Assembly: GCA_964597575.1 (NCBI GenBank)
Contig: CAZQXB010000001.1
Coordinates: forward strand, 704,595-768,594
Direction: 5' to 3'
Source: an uncultured Gammaproteobacteria bacterium
GTDB lineage: Bacteria > Patescibacteriota > Patescibacteriia > Magasanikbacterales > UBA922
DNA length: 64,000 nucleotides
Both the position numbers and the translations under genes were made by a program. Shown here piece by piece: positions 37,813 to 46,288 of the stretch. The notes beneath the pieces are model-generated. The model saw only the letters and a list, made by a program, of their open reading frames with translations, was not told the DNA's origin and ran no database searches. The first letter of the stretch is position 1; the number at the start of each line of letters is the position of its first letter.

Positions 37813-37977
37813 CTACTTCCCCTCATCAGTCACCTCAACGACAGCGTTTTTGTCATTCATCTCAAGGACAAGCAAAGAAATGCCGCACATGGGGCATTCC
37901 ACAACTTGATCTTTTGCGAAGGTGTGATACGATGAGGTATCAATAGAATTTTTACATTCTGGGCAGATAAAATGCAT
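37813..37977 (-). CDS. LysW-like zinc-ribbon carrier protein (54 aa)
   Basis: Manual translation MHFICPECKNSIDTSSYHTFAKDQVVECPMCGISLLVLEMNDKNAVVEVTDEGK; absent from ORF track. Confidence 0.75.
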   Translation of the reverse strand: MHFICPECKNSIDTSSYHTFAKDQVVECPMCGISLLVLEMNDKNAVVEVTDEGK

Positions 37978-38037
37978 ATGGGTATGTGAAGAGAATACCC
38001 ATAGTATACAGAAGCCAGCCCAAATATTTCAAGAGCT

Positions 38038-38925
38038 ATGAAGACCCCGCAAATTACCTACCCTTTGCTTGCCGCCGCCCTTGGCGTTTCTGAGGTTATT
38101 TTAAAACGGGAAGATCTTCACCCCTACGGCTCTCACAAAGGAAGATCTATCCCGCTCATGATGAAACACTATGTCAAAGAAGGATGGCAGTCTTTTTCTC
38201 TTTCTTCATCAGGAAATGCAGCCCTGGCCGCAATTCATACTCTTCTTCAGCACAATAAGAATAACCCCGGAAAAGAAATTACCCTCAACATTTATGTTGG
38301 CGAACACATTGACAGCGGAAAATTAAAACGTCTTTCCGAGGCAAGCGAAAATAACACTCGTATTGCTATTCTTCAAGACGCGCGCCCAAAGCAGCGGGCA
38401 TTTCAAGATGAGGCAGAAAAAAAAGCCAAGAATCTTCGCCAATCAACCGATGATTTAGCGCTTGTAGGCTATCATACTTTAGCCGATGAACTTCAAAAAA
38501 TTGAACATCTGAGCGATATTTTCATACCCACGTCCTCCGGCACCACCGCCCAAGGCCTCCTTGAAGCTTTTATCTCTCGAGAAAAACCGATACGCATTCA
38601 CATTGTGCAGACAACCGCTTGTTTTCCTTTAGCGGAAACATTTGTTCAGGAACTTCCTACAAAAACAGAGACATCCTTGGCAGGCGCTATTGTTGATCAC
38701 GTGGCCAACCGGAAACAAGCACTCACCTCTCTCCTTCAAACCCACCAAGGAAGTGGTTGGATAATCGCAGATGAGGAAATCTCTACAGCTCTTACCCTCG
38801 TCAAACAAACATGCAACCTTTCTCTTTCGGCAAATGGTGTTCTCGGCGTGGCTGGGCTTCAAAAAATGAGAAAGCAAGGCCTTCATGTTGAAGGAGCAGC
38901 AGTGTGTATCGTTACTGGACAGTAA
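38038..38925 (+). CDS. fold-type II PLP enzyme (threonine/cysteine synthase family)
   Basis: LKREDLHPYGSHKGR, SSSGNAA, PTSSGTT, VCIVTG. Confidence 0.88.
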   Translation: MKTPQITYPLLAAALGVSEVILKREDLHPYGSHKGRSIPLMMKHYVKEGWQSFSLSSSGNAALAAIHTLLQHNKNNPGKEITLNIYVGEHIDSGKLKRLSEASENNTRIAILQDARPKQRAFQDEAEKKAKNLRQSTDDLALVGYHTLADELQKIEHLSDIFIPTSSGTTAQGLLEAFISREKPIRIHIVQTTACFPLAETFVQELPTKTETSLAGAIVDHVANRKQALTSLLQTHQGSGWIIADEEISTALTLVKQTCNLSLSANGVLGVAGLQKMRKQGLHVEGAAVCIVTGQ

Positions 38926-38945
38926 GGAAAAGACGGGGAAGAACC

Positions 38946-41900
38946 TTACTCTTTCTCTAAAGAAACATCTTCGGCAATAAACGAAGCACCTTCTGCTTTT
39001 GCCTTATCCGAGATGCTTGAAAGCTCTTTTGCCACATACCCTGTCCGTGTAAAATGGAGCGTGTACGTATTATTTCCCACCAAAAAGGCATACTGGCCTT
39101 TTTTATTTGTCACAAAAGTATCAACGAGCTTATTGTACTCAGACGCAAACAGACGGACGACGGTGCCAGGAAGTGCCTGTTTTGTTTCTCCATCAAATAC
39201 CTGACCCCAGTGTCGAGGTTTCTTTGGTACTAAAAATTTCGTAAAGAGGATATACGCAAAAAGCTGGAGAAAACCAAACAGAACAGCCACCCAAGTAAAG
39301 GTCACAAGCAAACTTGCAGCAAGGATAAAAAATCCAGACAATGCTACACCATGCTGAACCACACGAAGACGACGTTGCCTCAAAATTCTCTCCGGTGTTT
39401 TCTGCTCTACCCCAACAGGATCAAGGGCAATCGGGTAGCCTAAACCCACACTTCCATCCTCAACCACAATAAGTTCCCCATGATAGACGTCTGCAAACTG
39501 ACCATCATTCACTAAGTCTAGTGGAATAATTTTTGTCGGTTCAAAACCACTCTTTCCAACCTCAATGCGGTATTCCCCGGGTTCAGCTAAAAAGACATAC
39601 CGACCCTGCACATCAGTGACACGAGTTTGAACAATTTTATTGGTGGTATTGTTAATCAAGCGAACTACGGCCAAATCAATCGGTGCTTTCGACAAACTGT
39701 GGTACACCACGCCCCATTCTTTTTGTTTGGTACGCCCAAGAAGAAGAAAAGGCTGAAGAAAAACATAGTAGAACAGCGGCACGCCGGTTCCGGCAAAGGC
39801 CGGAGCTAAGGCAAGAACAGGAAGAACACCAACCGTTGGCACGACAATCGTTTTGGTGACTGCTTCTACCTCAGGATCCTCGGCCCAAGCGCGAGCACCA
39901 CTTAATAAATCAAGAAGAGCCTGACGTGCAGCTTCAAATGCACTGAGTTGCTCTTGAGAAGCATTCGCTTCTGTTCCCCCAACTTCATTACCACCTTCTC
40001 CGCCAGGCCCTGCAAGGCGTATCCGATACGTGATCGATGGATTAAGAACATTGTTCGTTACCGTAAACACTCCTGCATCGACTGCGTTTTTTCCTGATTC
40101 TTGAAGCGCAAGTCGATACGTACCATTTGGCACCATAAAGACATAACTTCCATCACTTGCGGTAGTTACGGGATTCATCTGTCCATACGCAGTTCCGTCC
40201 CAGAGCTCGGTCGTATCACCTCCACCAATTCCAGCAGTATAGAGCATAACTTGTATACCCGCTACTGGGGCCAAACGTTCTTCGTCATATACGATTCCGC
40301 GAGGTAAACTTTCAATAACCACTTGATGAACATCGGTTACGTCTCGATAATACGTAATAAGCTCTCCCGGATATTGTGCTGGCTCACCGAGTGGGATGTC
40401 GGCTTCATACGAACCAGAATCTAAATCAAAAGCCAAAGGATACGTCGATTCGTTGAACTTCAGTTCGATCAGATACACTCCCTGTTCAGCCAAGCCTTCT
40501 CCATTCACATTCACAGAAAGAGAATCCCCTGCCACACCCGCAATTCGAATAAGTTCAGTGTCTTTTGTAACTTGTACTGGCGCAACACCAACACTTCCCC
40601 CTGTCCGCTTTGTAGTAAGAGTAAAATCAACCACCGTTGAAGTTGCAGCTACAGGTTCTGTTGGAGCTGGAGCACATTGAGCACCTGTGCGACCACCGAT
40701 AATCTTTCCATCCCCTACCGCAAGGTGGGAATTTGGCCAAAGAAGAAAATTATTTTCTTCTACCCCATTTTTAAGTAAACGAAAGCGAATTTGGTGTTTC
40801 CACAGGGCCTCGAGGTAAAGCATTTCAATTTTCACCCTTTCCTCCACACACTCTTTGACTACCTCAACGACAACATCATTATAATCTTTATCAATATCAT
40901 TTGAATCTTCAAACAAAATACGTTGAATATCCGTTGCATAATCAACAACTCGCACATTTGGCCCTCCCATATGCCGTTCGGTTCCATCAGGGTTCACAAT
41001 ATACATGTCATACGACATGGTGTTGCAATCAAACGCACACATATTGCCCGAAACAGGAGTGAACACAGCCGGAGCAGTTGACGACACGCGCACGGCTTGT
41101 GGAGGCGGAGACGGTGGTCTTGCTGGAGGCACGACCGGTGGGCGTGCCGGAGGTGGTGATACAGGGTTTGGTGTCGCAGGCGGAGGCGTTACTGGAGGGT
41201 TTAGGGTAGGTTCTGGCACTGGCTCTGGTTGTACAGGAGGCGCCACTTGAGGCGGCGGCACTGGTGCGACCGAAGCAGCGCTTCCGCATCCGTTTACCGT
41301 ATCAAGCCGCACGTCAGCGGTAAGATGCGGACTCATCCTTCCTCGCCCATTCTGAAATTTTACATGAAGGGTGTATATTCCATCACTTGTCGAAGGCAGC
41401 TGCCACGAAACAACCTCTACCTCACCTTTCATAGAACGCCATACACCCACAAACGGATAGGTATTTTCAAGCAAGTAAGAAACAGCTTCTCCAGATCGGA
41501 GAGTTACGTTCACAAAAGGTGAAGTTACACAGGCGGGCGCTTCAATAGTACCCCCAATTTCACCACCGAAATAGATAAATGAACCACCCGGGGATGGAGA
41601 AGGAGTCGGGCTTGGACTCGGCGAAGGTGAAGGACTCGGTGACGGAGCAGGTGGTGGGGGCGGCGGAGGTGGGGGTGGGGTTGGAGGAATATCACTAATG
41701 AGTGCAGAAGCCGACGCTGTATTATTTATTGACGTGATATCAGCCCCACTATCGAAAATGGTTGCTGTATTTTCCAATGATCCAGTAAAACTCCCCAGTG
41801 CGGTAACAGCAAACACTACCCCACCACTTCCACTTACAGCAACAGTACCAATGGTTGTTGTACACGTTGTTCCCGCTACCGCCTCATTCGAACAGCTCCA

Positions 41901-43442
41901 TGTTCCGGTACTTGAAGCACTTGAAAATACACCACCCACCGGTACAGTGGTTGAAATATATACACCACTTGCAGAAGCGTCACCAATATTGGAGTAATCA
42001 AAAGAAAAAAGTACGGTAGAACTTGAATATGTTGACGTTGGACTTTCGGTATTGGTCAAAGCAAGGTCAGGTGCTGTCGCACTTGGGGTACCAGTAAACC
42101 CAAAATCCATGGAGGTGAACACCATTCTACTGTTTGACGGATAGGGAACAATACTTGTAACGAGAGAATTCAAATGAGCTCCCGTACCCGTCGCAGTCCC
42201 ATCAGAATCGAGAAAATTATCAAAAGAGGCGCTCTGATCATCCCCAACATTAGGAGTAGTGGTCGACAATCCCGCCAAAGCACTCTGATCAAGAGGAATA
42301 ACTAGATAATAGCCACTATGCTGTTGCAGCGTCGTCGATACGTTCAAACTAGCATTAGTACCGAATGTGTATATCCCATCGGCAGTAGTAGTCGCCTGCC
42401 CTAAAAGGGATGTTAATTCGCCTGCATATAAACGCACCACAACCCCACCAATACCCGGCTCTCCAGCATCTTGAAACCCATCACTATCAAGGTCATTCCA
42501 AATACGATCACCAATTTGGGGAATATGTGCCCCGGAATAGGCCATAAACGCAAAATTAATACCAGAGGCTGGACTTTCGACGAACGTAACATTTGGGTAT
42601 GAACTCCCTACAGCATATCCAAGATAACGTGTAGATGATGAAAAGTTAAACGTTTGCAAGCGCACATCAGTTCCATCTGCCACATCAATACCATATTGCC
42701 CAGAACTATTTGTTCTACACGCATCAATAAGTGTGTTTGAAGAGTCATACACTTCGACGACAACACCCTGCGCACCCGTCTCCCCACCATCAAAAACACC
42801 GTCAGCGTCAGCATCAGTAAAAGCTGTACCAGTAATATCTGTCCCGGTACACTCAGGTGGCGGAGTAAAAGGAATATTATTATTATCAATTCGAGGAGAA
42901 GAAGATGCGTTCAAATCAAAAGTAAGATAATAAGGATTCGCTGCACACCCCCCAGGAATTACACCCCCTGGCGGTGAGGCACCGATATTAATTGTACTTT
43001 GAGAGGTACTAGCAAACGGCCCCGCTTGCGGTAAACACGTGGTACTGAGTGTATACCCCGGAGGAGGAGTTATATTCATCGTATACACACCCGGAACCAT
43101 GGGTGTACCCGTAGCAAGCCAGGTATAGAATCCATGATTGGGTAGATAGCGATCGTCATAAATTAGGGTTCCAAAAAGTCCTGTATTATAGGCAAAATAC
43201 GTGGCACCGCCAGGCGGAGCCGAAATAGTGAGGTAGCCACCGTACAGAGGATAATGACCATTGGATTCGTCGTAAAAATATCCACTCGGGTCTATCGGGT
43301 CTTTTTCCTTATTCAAAAGATATGACTCTTCATCTTTCTGGTGAGGAATAAGAGGTATTGCAGCAAAGACGAAAATAAAAAACAAAGCAAAAAATAAAAA
43401 CTTCTGCTTCCCTCCCTGTGTTAAATGCATCAAAAATTTCAC
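38946..43442 (-). CDS. large surface protein: SdrD-B-like, DUF11-like, Pro-rich linkers, carboxypeptidase-regulatory-like domains, C-terminal TMs
   Basis: IGDRIWNDLDSDGFQDAGEPGI.GV.V.L, PDLALT..NIG...SG...NTA, TDVQGRYVF; GTG start. Confidence 0.8.
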   Translation of the reverse strand: MKFLMHLTQGGKQKFLFFALFFIFVFAAIPLIPHQKDEESYLLNKEKDPIDPSGYFYDESNGHYPLYGGYLTISAPPGGATYFAYNTGLFGTLIYDDRYLPNHGFYTWLATGTPMVPGVYTMNITPPPGYTLSTTCLPQAGPFASTSQSTINIGASPPGGVIPGGCAANPYYLTFDLNASSSPRIDNNNIPFTPPPECTGTDITGTAFTDADADGVFDGGETGAQGVVVEVYDSSNTLIDACRTNSSGQYGIDVADGTDVRLQTFNFSSSTRYLGYAVGSSYPNVTFVESPASGINFAFMAYSGAHIPQIGDRIWNDLDSDGFQDAGEPGIGGVVVRLYAGELTSLLGQATTTADGIYTFGTNASLNVSTTLQQHSGYYLVIPLDQSALAGLSTTTPNVGDDQSASFDNFLDSDGTATGTGAHLNSLVTSIVPYPSNSRMVFTSMDFGFTGTPSATAPDLALTNTESPTSTYSSSTVLFSFDYSNIGDASASGVYISTTVPVGGVFSSASSTGTWSCSNEAVAGTTCTTTIGTVAVSGSGGVVFAVTALGSFTGSLENTATIFDSGADITSINNTASASALISDIPPTPPPPPPPPPPAPSPSPSPSPSPSPTPSPSPGGSFIYFGGEIGGTIEAPACVTSPFVNVTLRSGEAVSYLLENTYPFVGVWRSMKGEVEVVSWQLPSTSDGIYTLHVKFQNGRGRMSPHLTADVRLDTVNGCGSAASVAPVPPPQVAPPVQPEPVPEPTLNPPVTPPPATPNPVSPPPARPPVVPPARPPSPPPQAVRVSSTAPAVFTPVSGNMCAFDCNTMSYDMYIVNPDGTERHMGGPNVRVVDYATDIQRILFEDSNDIDKDYNDVVVEVVKECVEERVKIEMLYLEALWKHQIRFRLLKNGVEENNFLLWPNSHLAVGDGKIIGGRTGAQCAPAPTEPVAATSTVVDFTLTTKRTGGSVGVAPVQVTKDTELIRIAGVAGDSLSVNVNGEGLAEQGVYLIELKFNESTYPLAFDLDSGSYEADIPLGEPAQYPGELITYYRDVTDVHQVVIESLPRGIVYDEERLAPVAGIQVMLYTAGIGGGDTTELWDGTAYGQMNPVTTASDGSYVFMVPNGTYRLALQESGKNAVDAGVFTVTNNVLNPSITYRIRLAGPGGEGGNEVGGTEANASQEQLSAFEAARQALLDLLSGARAWAEDPEVEAVTKTIVVPTVGVLPVLALAPAFAGTGVPLFYYVFLQPFLLLGRTKQKEWGVVYHSLSKAPIDLAVVRLINNTTNKIVQTRVTDVQGRYVFLAEPGEYRIEVGKSGFEPTKIIPLDLVNDGQFADVYHGELIVVEDGSVGLGYPIALDPVGVEQKTPERILRQRRLRVVQHGVALSGFFILAASLLVTFTWVAVLFGFLQLFAYILFTKFLVPKKPRHWGQVFDGETKQALPGTVVRLFASEYNKLVDTFVTNKKGQYAFLVGNNTYTLHFTRTGYVAKELSSISDKAKAEGASFIAEDVSLEKE
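41588..41690 (-). repeat. poly-Pro/(PS)n low-complexity linker
   Basis: PPTPPPPPPPPPPAPSPSPSPSPSPSPTPSPSP. Confidence 0.8.
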
Positions 43443-43518
43443 AAAAACAATCAGGGTATTTGAAAGGGACTATACCACACCCAACCTCATTTACCAATAG
43501 ACCTGTGCACAACCATTT

Positions 43519-44220
43519 CTACTTCACCGCCAAAATAAAGATATTCTCACCGAGTTCGACAGATGACTCCTCACCTTTATTGATAAAATAATTTTTTTCT
43601 ACGGTAAAGTGTGCTTCCAAAAGGAGAGTTTGTAATTCCGAAAGAGAAAAACCGTAATAAATGCGCTCACCAAGCGACTCCCCTGACCCAATTTTCCACG
43701 GAACACTCATATTCTTCCCATCCGGAAGTCGCACAAATGAGCCGGTAGCCACCTTACCCTTTACCCAGTCATTCTCTAAATTCCAGTTAAGCATAATAAG
43801 TTTTCCTCCGGGTTTCAGCACACGCCATATTTCTTTCAACGCTTGTTTTTGTTTTTCAGGAGTCGGCAAATGATGAAAAGAGGCAATTGCATATACTGCA
43901 TCAAAAGATGCGTCCCTATACGGCAAATGGGTCATCTCCCCCACATCGAAAGATATATCAGGAAATTTCTCTCGTGCCAAAGCAATGAGTTTTTCACTCT
44001 GATCAATACCCGTGTAATCGATGAGCACCCCCTCAAACAATTGAAATAACCGCCCGTTGCCACACCCAACATCAAGCACGCGATCCCCTGTTTGAAGAAA
44101 ATTATAAAAAAAAGGCGCTTTCAGATCTTCCCACAAATACGCACGCGTACCGGAAAAGAGATCGGCCACTCTATCGTAGACGTTCTTGTTTTGTTCAATA
44201 ATCTGTTCAGCATGATCCAT
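43519..44220 (-). CDS. Trm9/ALKBH8-like SAM methyltransferase
   Basis: VYDRVADLFSGTR..LW, LDVGCGNGR, IASFHHL, VPWK, R.YY.F...EL. Confidence 0.75.
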   Translation of the reverse strand: MDHAEQIIEQNKNVYDRVADLFSGTRAYLWEDLKAPFFYNFLQTGDRVLDVGCGNGRLFQLFEGVLIDYTGIDQSEKLIALAREKFPDISFDVGEMTHLPYRDASFDAVYAIASFHHLPTPEKQKQALKEIWRVLKPGGKLIMLNWNLENDWVKGKVATGSFVRLPDGKNMSVPWKIGSGESLGERIYYGFSLSELQTLLLEAHFTVEKNYFINKGEESSVELGENIFILAVK

Positions 44221-44279
44221 ATGTATTCGCTAAGTGAGGTAGGTTAAAGTATACTTAATCTACTCTTGAATCTCAATAT

Positions 44280-45062
44280 ATGTCGTTGATCGTTTGTATT
44301 ACAGGGGCAAGTCGTGGCATTGGTCGAGCTATCTCTTATGAATACGCGAGAAAAGGCGCAGAACTTATTCTTGCCAGTCGTGGAAGTGAAGAACTGAGCG
44401 ACTTGAAGACTGAGTTAGAAAAAGTAGGCGCTACCAATGTACACGCGGTTCCTTGTGATTTCTCAAAAGATGGGGCGAAGATACTTATCGAGTATGTCAT
44501 GAAGAAAAACATCGTACCTGACATAGCTATCCTGAACGCTGGTCTTGGGTCATACGGACCATTTATTACCATTCCGCAAGAGAAGAATGATGAAATGATT
44601 GCGGTAAATATTACGGCTCTTACTGAATTGGCCCGATCATTTGGCGAAACCATGCATGCACGTGGTTCTGGTCAAATTCTTTTAACTGCATCAACAGCAG
44701 CATTTCAAGCTGGGCCCCTTATGGCCACATATTTTGCAACTAAGGCTTATGTGTTATCGCTTGGACTTGCGCTACGCGAGGAATTCGCATTACACGGTAT
44801 TCAAGTATCTGTTCTTTGCCCAGGGCCAACCCAAACCAATTTCAGTGCTGTAGCCCATACGGAAAGCATCAGTGTTTTTGACACCAAACGAACCGATAGC
44901 GCTGAACATGTAGCACGTGTCGCAGTGGAAGGATTACAGAACAATAAGGCAATTATTATTCCCGGAATAAAAAATGCCTTTATTGTATTTTTGACCGGAT
45001 TTGTCCCAAAAACTTTGGCTGCGCGAATCGTGTTTCACCTCTTCATGAAAAAGAAAGAGTAA
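44280..45062 (+). CDS. short-chain dehydrogenase/reductase
   Basis: TGASRGIG, NAG, YFATK, CPGPTQT. Confidence 0.92.
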   Translation: MSLIVCITGASRGIGRAISYEYARKGAELILASRGSEELSDLKTELEKVGATNVHAVPCDFSKDGAKILIEYVMKKNIVPDIAILNAGLGSYGPFITIPQEKNDEMIAVNITALTELARSFGETMHARGSGQILLTASTAAFQAGPLMATYFATKAYVLSLGLALREEFALHGIQVSVLCPGPTQTNFSAVAHTESISVFDTKRTDSAEHVARVAVEGLQNNKAIIIPGIKNAFIVFLTGFVPKTLAARIVFHLFMKKKE

Positions 45063-45076
45063 AAATCATTTTTATC

Positions 45077-45520
45077 TTAAACAATCTTTTTCAAATCACC
45101 GCGAATGACAGTCGGTCTCATTGCCAAATACTCTTCTCTTGAATTCATCTCCGGAATATCATGTAAAAAGAAAATCTTTTTTTCCAAATAAAACGCTAAG
45201 CCAACTTCTAAAAACGTATTTGGTCCAATGTAATTTGGAATATCATTTTTATCATAATTCAACACAAGAATCGCATCTGACCACGCCACCTTATCAAAAT
45301 GCCACCTGATGGCCTCCGCCTTTCGCTCCCAAATCCAACCAGCATCTATGTTTGAGGCCTTGCGTTTAGCGTAATACTCTTTCACCGGAATCATAACTCC
45401 GTTTTCATCTTTTACCTCATACGGAGGAAGTTTCACTTCATGCCCGAGGACTTCAAGTTCTTTTTTCGCCTCATCCATTTCTGCATGAAAGGCAATGCTG
45501 CCGCAAATAGTAATTTTCAT
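45077..45520 (-). CDS. nucleoside 2-deoxyribosyltransferase-like protein
   Basis: ITICGS, SDAILVLN, YIGPNTFLEVGLA...KKIF. Confidence 0.6.
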   Translation of the reverse strand: MKITICGSIAFHAEMDEAKKELEVLGHEVKLPPYEVKDENGVMIPVKEYYAKRKASNIDAGWIWERKAEAIRWHFDKVAWSDAILVLNYDKNDIPNYIGPNTFLEVGLAFYLEKKIFFLHDIPEMNSREEYLAMRPTVIRGDLKKIV

Positions 45521-45537
45521 ATTATATAATATTTTTT

Positions 45538-45927
45538 CTATCTTCTTCCTCCCCTTGGACTATTCGGTGGCATATAGTGACCGGTCTCGTTTTTTCCGGG
45601 TGTAAATCCAACAGTGGGGGCAGCATCAAGATGGACCTTCCGAACCAAAGTTAGAGTAGGCGTATCAATCATTGCCCCACTCACTTTATCCCAAATTTTC
45701 GCTCTTGCAGTTCCCACAATATACCCACGCTCTGTATTTGCCCTACGAATCAAGATCTTTCCTTCTTCATCAGATGGTAGAATTTCCCAATCGCCTTCTT
45801 TCTTACACCCTAAAGTATGTACCACAAACTGCTCAACCACTGCGGCTGACACGCCAAACTTCTCTTCTAGTCTTGCAGCGAGCGTCTCGAAAGAAAATGC
45901 TTCGACTGGCTGTGGTTCATGTTCCAT
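45538..45927 (-). CDS. hypothetical protein
   Basis: 129-aa ORF co-directional with neighbours. Confidence 0.55.
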   Translation of the reverse strand: MEHEPQPVEAFSFETLAARLEEKFGVSAAVVEQFVVHTLGCKKEGDWEILPSDEEGKILIRRANTERGYIVGTARAKIWDKVSGAMIDTPTLTLVRKVHLDAAPTVGFTPGKNETGHYMPPNSPRGGRR

Positions 45928-45942
45928 AAAAATAATAAATTT

Positions 45943-46251
45943 TTAATTTCTCACTTCGTACTCTTTTATTTTTTTGCGGCACCATTCCCCAATTTCAAGC
46001 GCATGTGAAATTCCCTGCATATACATTCCATCTACCAAAGAAACCTTTTGGCCGTGTTTGTTTATGGCTTCTCCACCTCTTTTTAACCGAAGGTATACAT
46101 TCCCTTTCTTATCATCACCCGTTACTTGTATATCTCCAGAAAAATCACCCCACGGTACGGAAAACGAATGCCAACTCAGTATATCGCATTTTCTTGAAAA
46201 GAACATGGGGCCAGTACTATTCCTTAAGGGAAGGGGTAATTCCCCTTGCAA
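45943..46251 (-). CDS. hypothetical protein (start uncertain)
   Basis: ORF fills the gap; TTG or internal ATG start. Confidence 0.4.
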   Translation of the reverse strand: MQGELPLPLRNSTGPMFFSRKCDILSWHSFSVPWGDFSGDIQVTGDDKKGNVYLRLKRGGEAINKHGQKVSLVDGMYMQGISHALEIGEWCRKKIKEYEVRN

Positions 46252-46288
46252 ATAGAGGAAAAAAATACTACATTAAGCCCATTCGTTT

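Noticed and set aside
41090-41690. CRISPR or tandem DNA repeat
   Set aside because: Repetitiveness reflects Pro/Ser codons within a CDS; there is no repeat-spacer periodicity.
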